DNA from: a virus
Lineage: Duplodnaviria > Caudoviricetes
Strand: one strand, 5' to 3'
DNA length: 36,278 nt
IMG/VR virus record: IMGVR_UViG_3300025173_000081
Location: 1-36,278 of that record
The notes under the pieces were generated by a model that saw only the letters and a list, made by a program, of their open reading frames with translations, searched no databases and was not told the DNA's origin. The position numbers were made by a program, and so were the translations under genes. This document shows positions 1 to 6,595 of the stretch, piece after piece (position 1 is the first letter of the stretch; each line of letters starts with the position of its first letter).

Positions 1-495
1 ATGAAAGAGAAGCTGGTTACAGTATTCCGCTTGCTCGACAAGCAGATAAATTATGAGAATAAAGAGCGACTGATACGCGGGTCGCCCCCAATAGCTCACT
101 CACGAATTGAAATTTTAGGCCAAACTAGCCTTTTAATTCAACCCGAACTCACATACGGGCTTAGCTTAGCGCAAACAGGCGATCTTGATGCCCTACTCAG
201 AGCTGATCATTTTGTAAAACAAAGTCTCAAAAAAATATTGCCGACTTATGGGTTTATGTATGACGAAGACAGTCCATTGATCTTTGTGCCCAATGATAGT
301 CAGTTTTTACCCTTTCTTAATCTTTTAATGCTCGAAGTTGTTGTTATCGATCCCGAATCAGCCCTCGTTAGCAAAGCTGTTAAGGCTCCCGAAAAAAATA
401 TTCAACTCATTCGACAAGCCATTGCCTCTGATGAGTTTCCAAACTTAGTTGAAAGAATTATTAAAGCTGGCGGAGATTTAAAAAAATTTACATAA
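1..495 (+). CDS. Hypothetical protein outside the prophage, possibly a minimal nucleotidyltransferase (DUF6036-like)
   Basis: 164-aa ORF; 'ILGQTSLL...TGDLDALL' resembles the GG.A...T.D.D nucleotidyltransferase motif; left of attL. Confidence 0.45.
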   Translation: MKEKLVTVFRLLDKQINYENKERLIRGSPPIAHSRIEILGQTSLLIQPELTYGLSLAQTGDLDALLRADHFVKQSLKKILPTYGFMYDEDSPLIFVPNDSQFLPFLNLLMLEVVVIDPESALVSKAVKAPEKNIQLIRQAIASDEFPNLVERIIKAGGDLKKFT

Positions 496-503
496 GGTGA
501 TAT

Positions 504-1043
504 ATGAATAATAAAAAATTGATCGAACAAATTAAAAAAGCAGCTCTTAAAGATGATAAAAATCGCAAAGATATTCGTTTCAAAAAAGCCATGGCTTTTT
601 TAGTTAGAAAAGGGTTTTTAAAAACAAATATGAATTTTGAAAATTATTATCAGGCAAAAATTAAAATTAAAGATTTGATTTGGGCCGGAAAAAATGTTGA
701 GCCTCGAATTCTTGAAGTCTTACCCGCCGCCGTAGCTCGTTTACCCAGAGCTTTCATCTTTGATACAACAAAAGATACCAAAACTCTTCAGCAAGTCGTC
801 TGCGATTTAAACGAAAATAAAGTCAATGGGACTGGTTTTCTCAAAATGCCTTACGAAAAAATTAAGGTCTGGATGAATCTCCCTTTAAACGATGGCCGTA
901 CAAAAATTACTGAAAATAAAAAAATTATGCGCACCTTTAGGCTTAAGCCCGAAACAATTCATAAAATGGAACTTCTTAAAAATAAAAATGGGACGAGTGA
1001 AGCCGCCCTTATTGAGAGCTTGGTCGAAAAAGCGATTCTTTAG
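504..1043 (+). CDS. Basic hypothetical protein with possible C-terminal ribbon-helix-helix
   Basis: 179-aa ORF, AAGGTGA RBS; C-terminal 'RTFRLKPETIHKMELL...SEAALIESLV' has an RHH-like pattern. Confidence 0.5.
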   Translation: MNNKKLIEQIKKAALKDDKNRKDIRFKKAMAFLVRKGFLKTNMNFENYYQAKIKIKDLIWAGKNVEPRILEVLPAAVARLPRAFIFDTTKDTKTLQQVVCDLNENKVNGTGFLKMPYEKIKVWMNLPLNDGRTKITENKKIMRTFRLKPETIHKMELLKNKNGTSEAALIESLVEKAIL

Positions 1044-1122
1044 TTCGAGAAAGTATGGCTCAACTATTCGATATGACTTGAAAAAGCCGTTTGCTATTCT
1101 CTCAGAAATGAAGAGAAATGAA

Positions 1123-1140
1123 TTTGGTGCCCTGGGCCGG
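1123..1140. repeat. att core copy (left junction) TTTGGTGCCCTGGGCCGG
   Basis: Identical to 35330-35347; duplicates the last 16 nt of the tRNA; 240 bp from the integrase stop. Confidence 0.95.
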
Positions 1141-1178
1141 CACCATAAGTGACGGTAGAGCATTTGAAGGACTTTTGA

Positions 1179-1210
1179 TTACCAAAGCTTAACACAGTTA
1201 GCTTTGGCAA
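1179..1210 (-). other. Stem-loop between integrase stop and att
   Basis: Minus strand TTGCCAAAGCT-AAC-TGT-GTT-A-AGCTTTGGTAA; no U-tract follows. Confidence 0.5.
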
Positions 1211-1277
1211 ACTTGCGGTGTAAATAAATGGTAAGTTCGACTTTAGGCCTAATGCAAACAAATAATACGTTGCGTGG

Positions 1278-1312
1278 CGACAAATTTCCACGGCTGCACG
1301 ACAAATTGCCAC
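1278..1312. repeat. Direct repeat CGACAAATT(T/G)CCAC x2, candidate integrase arm or accessory-factor sites
   Basis: Copies at 1278-1291 and 1299-1312, 21-bp period, within the att arm. Confidence 0.5.
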
Positions 1313-1381
1313 ACTATTTATTTTTTTCAGAAATAAGTTGAATTCTTAAACAGACAATTTTTAATCTTGAAACTTGCCGAC

Positions 1382-2293
1382 TTATGCGCCCAGAATTTTA
1401 AGAATTTTCTCCTGGTCTTTGTGGACATACCGCTTTGTGGTTTCCATTTTCGTGTGGCCCATCAGCTCGGCAATATCAAAGGCGTTGGCGCCCTCTGCGC
1501 TGATTCGACTCCCGAATGTATGCCTTAATCCGTAAACTGTGTACTGTGAGGCGCCTATGTGTTTTAAGCGGTCTTTGCAGTAGTGATAAAGAAGGTCATT
1601 GCTGATTGGCTGCTTGTTTTCCGTAAAAACGTGCAATGAATCCATGCGGATGTTGTGCAGGACTTTTGAAGCCTCTGCAGTCAGAGGAAACTCTCTGGAC
1701 ACCTTGGCATTTTTGCCGCATCGGAATGTGATTTTTTTCTCATCATGATCGATGTCAGTCCAGCGAAGGTTTTTGGCTTCCATCGGCCGGCACCCGGTAA
1801 GCCATAGAAAATAAAACAGATCGGTTCGGACTCCTGTAGTCAGCATCAAGAATTGGGTAAAAACATCAATCGGCCACGGCTTGTGCGAAACTGTGTCCTC
1901 TTTTCGCTTTTTAAGCCCAGCGCATGGATTTGAAAAAACAAACTCCCAGTCTTTGCATTTTACAAAGAAGTTTTTAAAGACATTCATGCGCCGGTTAACC
2001 GAAGTGGCTTTCATTCTGGTAAAAAGCCAGGACTCAAAATCTTCAATGTCGAGCTTTTTGACTTCGTGAATTGCATGAATCCCGCGGTCTTCTAGGAATT
2101 TTCGAAAAATGTGAAAATAAAGGCGCTCGTTACTTTGATTTTTTATGCACTTGTGAGACGTGCAGTTTTTGTCGTAGGTCTTAATTGCTTCTATGACGCT
2201 GGTTTTTTTGATCGGTTTGAGATTTTCCCCCAGCAAGAGCGCAGAGCATTCTTTAAAGTTTTTACCGTCTTCCGAAACGTACAGCTTGAGCAT
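1382..2293 (-). CDS. int: Tyrosine recombinase / phage integrase
   Basis: TGCRPMEA (R), YGLRHT (HxxR position with Y), MGH, RYVH (Y); SAM-like N-terminal region; start placed at ATG 2293 after AAAGGA (the track's TTG at 2338 lies in a terminator U-tract). Confidence 0.95.
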   Translation of the reverse strand: MLKLYVSEDGKNFKECSALLLGENLKPIKKTSVIEAIKTYDKNCTSHKCIKNQSNERLYFHIFRKFLEDRGIHAIHEVKKLDIEDFESWLFTRMKATSVNRRMNVFKNFFVKCKDWEFVFSNPCAGLKKRKEDTVSHKPWPIDVFTQFLMLTTGVRTDLFYFLWLTGCRPMEAKNLRWTDIDHDEKKITFRCGKNAKVSREFPLTAEASKVLHNIRMDSLHVFTENKQPISNDLLYHYCKDRLKHIGASQYTVYGLRHTFGSRISAEGANAFDIAELMGHTKMETTKRYVHKDQEKILKILGA

Positions 2294-2336
2294 GATGAAC
2301 ATCCTTTGTGAGTAGTTCTTATCGACCCCTGAACGC

Positions 2337-2369
2337 AAAAAACCCCAGAATTGTTGCCAATTATTGGGG
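2337..2369 (-). terminator. Intrinsic terminator between early genes and integrase
   Basis: CCCCAATAATTG-GCAA-CAATTCTGGGG followed by TTTTTT. Confidence 0.8.
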
Positions 2370-2411
2370 TTGTTAAAATTCGATCAAATTGAGTAACTTA
2401 ATTCATGTTTA

Positions 2412-3113
2412 CTATCGTATAGTCATCGACTCCTTTTGGAAGCTTTCAACGCCTGGAATCTGAATTGCGCCTTTTGAGTCAACAATGGTCTTTCTGATCA
2501 AAACCAAATCCGGAACCATGTACTTTGCCGGAATTTTGGAAACGTCTGCAATTTCAAAATCCCAGCGCAAAGTGACGCCCTTGACTCGAATTTCTTCAAC
2601 TTTTTTGAGCTCCGACTTTACATCAGTGATGGCCTTGGCTTCGGTTCGCTCGTATTCAGCCTGTACCACGAGTTCGGCGGTTTCCGCCACTTCGTCATTA
2701 CCAATCTCACGCTCAAACGCTGCAAGGTCCATAGCCTCTTTGGCCGCTTTATCAGCCGCGGCTTGGCGCTCAGACTCTTCTTTTTTGATTCGTGCAATTT
2801 CAGCCTGGCGGATTTCTTCAAGCTTACGATTCCATGCTAAAAGTTGAGTATTAAGGTGCGCCGTTGGATCAGCCAATAGTGCAGTAATCGCTTTCGCGTG
2901 GGCGTCAATTTCATCAGCTGCTTTTTTAAAAGGAGCTTTTAGCTCAACTCGCAGAGCTTCAATTTTTTTTGCCCAGTCCTTAATTTGTTTTGCCGATTCC
3001 ATAGCGGAGTCTTGCGACTCCTTGCTATCGACAACCACCGATTTTATCGGCGCAACGTAGAGTTGAATATTTGCTTTTAACTGGTCGAATTTTACTAAAT
3101 TTGTCATTTTCAT
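2412..3113 (-). CDS. Coiled-coil phage recombination-module protein (Gp157/Gam-like)
   Basis: Long helical region, C-terminal 'KIPAKYMVPDLVLIRK...IPGVE' pattern; adjacent to SSAP; AGGAG RBS. Confidence 0.6.
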   Translation of the reverse strand: MKMTNLVKFDQLKANIQLYVAPIKSVVVDSKESQDSAMESAKQIKDWAKKIEALRVELKAPFKKAADEIDAHAKAITALLADPTAHLNTQLLAWNRKLEEIRQAEIARIKKEESERQAAADKAAKEAMDLAAFEREIGNDEVAETAELVVQAEYERTEAKAITDVKSELKKVEEIRVKGVTLRWDFEIADVSKIPAKYMVPDLVLIRKTIVDSKGAIQIPGVESFQKESMTIR

Positions 3114-3122
3114 TTCTCCTTA

Positions 3123-3950
3123 TTAAAATGGAATGTCTTCGTTAAGATTTTGGCCTACTGGATCCGCGCCGGCTTCCAGAACTTTTTTAGAGTTCTGGAC
3201 AAATTCCAGCGGGGCACCAGTTAGAGGTTTGTTTGAAGTGGCGGCGCCCTTTTCAAGGTAGCTGACATAGCCTGCAATATCGTCCATCGAAATGTCTTTA
3301 AGCGCTTTTCCTTTGAACTTGCCAAACGTCACAACGTAATCCAGCGGGTTTTGATTTTGAGCTTTCTGTTGAGCTGCGGCTGCAGCTTTCGTTTCCGGTT
3401 GTTTTTGAGAAGTTTCTTTTTTGTCGGAGCCTTCGTTTTCCAGCTTATGCAGGTCGCCTTTGTGCCAAAGATCAAGGGCTGCACCAAATCTCATGGCCGC
3501 ATTTCTCAAGGCATCGCCAATGATTTCTTTTTCCGCATTCCCATCAGTCGAGTCTTTATCGGTGTTACCGTAACCATAGCGAGTCACCCCACAGACTGTG
3601 AGTTTAATCCAAAGGCCGCCGATTTTATCAAATTTTGGCAGGCCGTCCGTATCAAAGGCGAGCGGAGTCCATTCCCATTTTTCGTCAACGTCTAAAAGCC
3701 TGTCCGTAAGGGCCGCGTGACCGACGTAATCCAAATGAACAACTTTAGGGTGATGCCAAGCCCCGCAATCTGGACATCTGATGCCTTTTTGAAAATCATT
3801 TTTCACTTCGTCTGTCTGAGCCTTTGTCGGCTTTGGCAGCTTGCTGATTTGATGTTTTTCAAACGGTGCACGAAGCAAAGCAAGGCCCGTTGGCTTAACT
3901 TCCGCTGGGGTTTCCGTTTTATTTTCCGTTTTAGATTCGCCCGATTTCAT
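3123..3950 (-). CDS. Rad52/Sak-like single-strand annealing protein
   Basis: LDYVGHAALTDRL...LWIKLTVCGVTRYGYG...KEIIGDALRNAAMRFGAALDLW; start reassigned to 3950 (GAAGGA RBS); ends in EDIPF. Confidence 0.8.
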   Translation of the reverse strand: MKSGESKTENKTETPAEVKPTGLALLRAPFEKHQISKLPKPTKAQTDEVKNDFQKGIRCPDCGAWHHPKVVHLDYVGHAALTDRLLDVDEKWEWTPLAFDTDGLPKFDKIGGLWIKLTVCGVTRYGYGNTDKDSTDGNAEKEIIGDALRNAAMRFGAALDLWHKGDLHKLENEGSDKKETSQKQPETKAAAAAQQKAQNQNPLDYVVTFGKFKGKALKDISMDDIAGYVSYLEKGAATSNKPLTGAPLEFVQNSKKVLEAGADPVGQNLNEDIPF

Positions 3951-4171
3951 TTTAAATCCTTCCAAGTTATTGTTTCGTAAACTGAATCTTTTTGAAGTTC
4001 GATCAAGTGCTTTTTCCCATCGAGAGAAATCCCGACAAGCTGCCAATCTTTTCCTGGCTCATTCCTGCACTCAAAAAATCTGATGACATGGCCTGCAAAC
4101 ATGCCCGTTGTCCTGGCCTTTACCTTAAGTGGTAACTGTTTTGAAATTTCCTCTGCTGTTATCGTGCTCAT
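3947..4171 (-). CDS. Hypothetical early protein
   Basis: 74-aa ORF, AGGAG RBS, ATGA overlap with next gene. Confidence 0.7.
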   Translation of the reverse strand: MSTITAEEISKQLPLKVKARTTGMFAGHVIRFFECRNEPGKDWQLVGISLDGKKHLIELQKDSVYETITWKDLK

Positions 4172-4192
4172 TTGTCTCCTTTTGGTTTTCGT

Positions 4193-4489
4193 TTAAAAAT
4201 TATCTGCGTATTTGTCGTACTGAGGTTGCCGTTCACAGTAGTCGTGATAAGCGTCTGAGAGTTTGTCGGCCGGCGGATCCCAAGCTCTGTGGGAAATTAC
4301 AGCCCTGTCTCTGATTTCAAGGCTGTCGAATTTGATTTCCGAATCATCCTCTTTCTTGATGACCGTAAACTCGACCTCGTATTCTTCTTTGTTGATGTAG
4401 CGAAGTTCACACTCAACAATGACTTCGAACTCAGTCTTGATGTGATCCGAATACTGCAAATCAAATCCGAACTTAAATTCAGTGGGCAT
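4193..4489 (-). CDS. Acidic hypothetical early protein
   Basis: 98-aa ORF, about a quarter D/E; TAATG coupling with upstream ORF. Confidence 0.7.
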   Translation of the reverse strand: MPTEFKFGFDLQYSDHIKTEFEVIVECELRYINKEEYEVEFTVIKKEDDSEIKFDSLEIRDRAVISHRAWDPPADKLSDAYHDYCERQPQYDKYADNF

Positions 4490-4647
4490 TACGCAGCCGC
4501 CTTAAGCTTCACAATCAGAACCGCTGTCGATGCGCAGAGGGGACAATTAAACCAGAGGATGCGCTTGCCAGCGGTCTTGGTGACACCGAGAACTTTGGCT
4601 CCTTTGGAGTCGATCTTGTGTCCGCAAGAACATTTTTTGATTGTCAT
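4489..4647 (-). CDS. 52-aa zinc-ribbon protein, first gene of the leftward operon (absent from ORF track)
   Basis: MTIKKCSCGHKIDSKGAKVLGVTKTAGKRILWFNCPLCASTAVLIVKLKAAA; GAAAGG RBS; stop overlaps next ATG (TAATG). Confidence 0.75.
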   Translation of the reverse strand: MTIKKCSCGHKIDSKGAKVLGVTKTAGKRILWFNCPLCASTAVLIVKLKAAA

Positions 4648-4710
4648 TTGAGCAGCCTTTCGTTTTGCCTACACATCTGAATCGTTTTGAGGCACGATTT
4701 ACATATAGGA
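4648..4710 (-). promoter_or_regulatory. Structured 5' leader, copy 1
   Basis: TCCTATATGTAAAT...hairpin AATCGT/ACGATT...AGGCAAAACGAAAGG; homologous to 5512-5573. Confidence 0.55.
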
Positions 4711-4729
4711 GAGTCGTTCATACAGACTT

Positions 4730-4757
4730 AATATAACCTAAAAACTCTTATTTGCAA
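4730..4757 (-). promoter_or_regulatory. Leftward (lytic early) sigma70-type promoter
   Basis: TTGCAA-16-TATATT, divergent from the repressor gene. Confidence 0.55.
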
Positions 4758-4768
4758 CCTTTATTATG

Positions 4769-4796
4769 TTGAAAGTGAGTTTATTTGTGTTAATAT
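4769..4796 (+). promoter_or_regulatory. Repressor promoter, probably giving a leaderless mRNA
   Basis: TTGAAA-16-TAATAT with extended TGn; ATG 7 nt downstream and no RBS. Confidence 0.55.
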
Positions 4797-4802
4797 TAAC
4801 CC

Positions 4803-5069
4803 ATGAACGAAACAAAAGTCTTGGAAGTTAAAACAGCCTTGAGCACCAACATATTGAATCTGCGTAAAAAACAGGGTTTCTCTCAGCTCAAATTGGCTGA
4901 AATGATCGGCAAATCCGTAAAAACGGTGAATGAAATTGAGACAGGAAAATCGTGGCCGGATCACAGCACCATTCAACTGCTCTCTAAAGCCCTGGCCGTA
5001 GAAGAAACCGACCTTTTTAATGATCCTAACATGGTCAGCACTTTGAATTATCTGAGAAACAACAAATAA
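4803..5069 (+). CDS. XRE-family HTH repressor 1 (no peptidase domain)
   Basis: NILNLRKKQGFSQLKLAEMIGKSVKTVNEIETGKSWP. Confidence 0.9.
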   Translation: MNETKVLEVKTALSTNILNLRKKQGFSQLKLAEMIGKSVKTVNEIETGKSWPDHSTIQLLSKALAVEETDLFNDPNMVSTLNYLRNNK

Positions 5070-5083
5070 GAAAAGAGGTTCCC

Positions 5084-5335
5084 ATGAAAAAAATAGTATC
5101 GCTTTTGGCTATGCTTTTTGTTCTTAGCGCATGCCAAACCACAGCCCGCTTTATATCAGAAAAAGATGCCTGGATTGCGATGAGCTCAGCAGGAAGCGAC
5201 TCCATTTATTATTGCGAAAGGGTGCCTGTTAAAGACGGAATGGCGCCTATCTGCACCCCCGCTGTAACCATTAGCGACAAGTACGTGCTCGATAAGCTGC
5301 ACCAGAAAACGCAAGAGCAAAAAGAAGCAAAATAA
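5084..5335 (+). CDS. Small lipoprotein 1, candidate superinfection exclusion
   Basis: Signal peptide with lipobox LSAC; paralog of 5973-6242. Confidence 0.75.
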   Translation: MKKIVSLLAMLFVLSACQTTARFISEKDAWIAMSSAGSDSIYYCERVPVKDGMAPICTPAVTISDKYVLDKLHQKTQEQKEAK

Positions 5336-5344
5336 GGGAATTTC

Positions 5345-5476
5345 ATGGTTTTGAAACTGTATAAAACTGTTTTTTGGATTTCGTTCGCTATCATGGTTGT
5401 TGGCGCCGGCGTTTCAGTAAATAGGATAAGGACTATTAAAATTAAAATTGTCATTCCGAAGCAAAACTCCATCTAA
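5345..5476 (+). pseudogene. Truncated copy (43 aa) of the membrane protein at 6242-6595
   Basis: MVLKLYKTVFWISFAIMVVGAGVSVNRIR then unrelated TIKIKIVIPKQNSI*. Confidence 0.75.
5369..5427 (+). repeat. 59-bp perfect direct repeat, copy 1
   Basis: Identical to 6266-6324. Confidence 0.95.
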
Positions 5477-5511
5477 ACCACCCTTCCTTTGTTCAAAAAT
5501 TCAGCTAACAT

Positions 5512-5573
5512 ATTGAATCCTCTCGTTTTCCTTGCATAAACGTCTGTTTTTGGGACAGAATTTACATATAGGA
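5512..5573 (-). promoter_or_regulatory. Structured 5' leader, copy 2, preceding 12-aa ORF 5473-5511 (MLAEFLNKGRVV)
   Basis: TCCTATATGTAAAT...hairpin TCTGT/ACAGA...AGGAAAACGAGAGG then ATG. Confidence 0.55.
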
Positions 5574-5591
5574 CCTTGTACTTATTTATAC

Positions 5592-5638
5592 ACGATACAA
5601 TATATTTGACTAATGGTCAACAGTATAATATCTTGTAT
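5592..5638. promoter_or_regulatory. Second divergent promoter/operator region
   Basis: Minus TTGACC-17-TATCGT; plus TATAAT at 5624-5629; palindrome TTGAC-N5-GTCAA (5606-5620); ATACAATATAT/ATATCTTGTAT inverted pair. Confidence 0.55.
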
Positions 5639-5640
5639 TT

Positions 5641-5913
5641 ATGGATACATTGAATTTAAATTTGGAATCGCAAAGAATTTTGGCAGAAAACATTAGGGCT
5701 TATATAGAGCTTTACCAGATAAAGAATGTGGAAGAATTCGCTATTAAGTGCGACTGCTCTAAAATGCAGATTTACAACATTCTTAATTTTAAAAGCAGCC
5801 CGACTATGGACTACATGGACAAGATAGCCAAAGGCATGAGTATCACTGTCGTTCAGCTCCTTACTCCTGGCTATTTTGATCAGTTTGAGAAGAAAATAGT
5901 CAAAAAGAAGTAA
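5641..5913 (+). CDS. XRE-family HTH repressor 2
   Basis: LAENIRAY...VEEFAIKCDCSKMQIYNILNFKSSPTMDYMDKIAKGMSITVVQLL. Confidence 0.85.
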   Translation: MDTLNLNLESQRILAENIRAYIELYQIKNVEEFAIKCDCSKMQIYNILNFKSSPTMDYMDKIAKGMSITVVQLLTPGYFDQFEKKIVKKK

Positions 5914-5972
5914 TTTTTTAATACACCTTGATCTTCATCTTTGATTTGAACTAAATGATTGAAGGAGATTTT

Positions 5973-6242
5973 ATGAAGTATTTTTTATTGATCAGCTTTT
6001 TTTTAATTGGGTGCGCCTCGCCTCATTTTATATCCGACAAAGATGCGTGGGTATCAATGGGCCCATTCTTTAATCAATCTTTATACTATTGCGAGAGAGT
6101 ATCTTCAAAAAACGATTTTATTCCTGTTTGTACAGAAGCCTTTATAATAGGAGACTGGTATTCTAGACAAAAATTTATACAAAAAAATGAATCTTTTTTA
6201 AAAAACTCTCCTGCGCCGCCAGTTCATAATGAGTACAAATAA
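5973..6242 (+). CDS. Small lipoprotein 2, paralog of lipoprotein 1
   Basis: Lipobox LIGC; shares FIS(D/E)KDAW, YYCERV and P(I/V)CT; GAAGGAG RBS places start at 5973. Confidence 0.75.
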   Translation: MKYFLLISFFLIGCASPHFISDKDAWVSMGPFFNQSLYYCERVSSKNDFIPVCTEAFIIGDWYSRQKFIQKNESFLKNSPAPPVHNEYK

Positions 6243-6595
6243 TGGCGCTGAAATTATATAAAACCGTTTTTTGGATTTCGTTCGCTATCATGGTTGTTGG
6301 CGCCGGCGTTTCAGTAAATAGGATTAGGCTAAATTTTTCAACACCCACGACTGAACAGGTTTTGATGTCTAGGACAAAAGCAGAAAGTCCTTTTTACAGC
6401 AAACCTCTGGTTAGCCCAGTTGATAAAGATGACTTCGACTCAATTCGTTTTGACTATGAAAATCACCCGATCAAATCTCTTCTTTATTATGAGAATGGCA
6501 ACGTTTCAAATTTATTAGTATTCGTGCTTCAATTTTTAATGATTATAGGATTGAAAAAATGGGTTACTTGGCTGGTTCAAAAACCTCAAGCCTGA
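6242..6595 (+). CDS. Two-TM membrane protein
   Basis: Hydrophobic N- and C-terminal segments; TAATG coupling to lipoprotein 2. Confidence 0.75.
   Translation: MALKLYKTVFWISFAIMVVGAGVSVNRIRLNFSTPTTEQVLMSRTKAESPFYSKPLVSPVDKDDFDSIRFDYENHPIKSLLYYENGNVSNLLVFVLQFLMIIGLKKWVTWLVQKPQA
6266..6324 (+). repeat. 59-bp perfect direct repeat, copy 2
   Basis: Identical to 5369-5427. Confidence 0.95.

Noticed and set aside
885-1163. ORF across the att that would fuse in attP with 35149-35347 (MLYRHLWCRPRAP-KSDLDYQ...)
   Set aside because: Frames do join, but the product overlaps the initiator out of frame, has no clear RBS and no recognisable fold; probably chance. The initiator frame itself has a stop at 35283-35285, so att does not split that gene
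1530-1545. Integrase inactivated by Y in place of H in HxxR
   Set aside because: This position is variable among tyrosine recombinases, and the other catalytic residues and both att sites are intact
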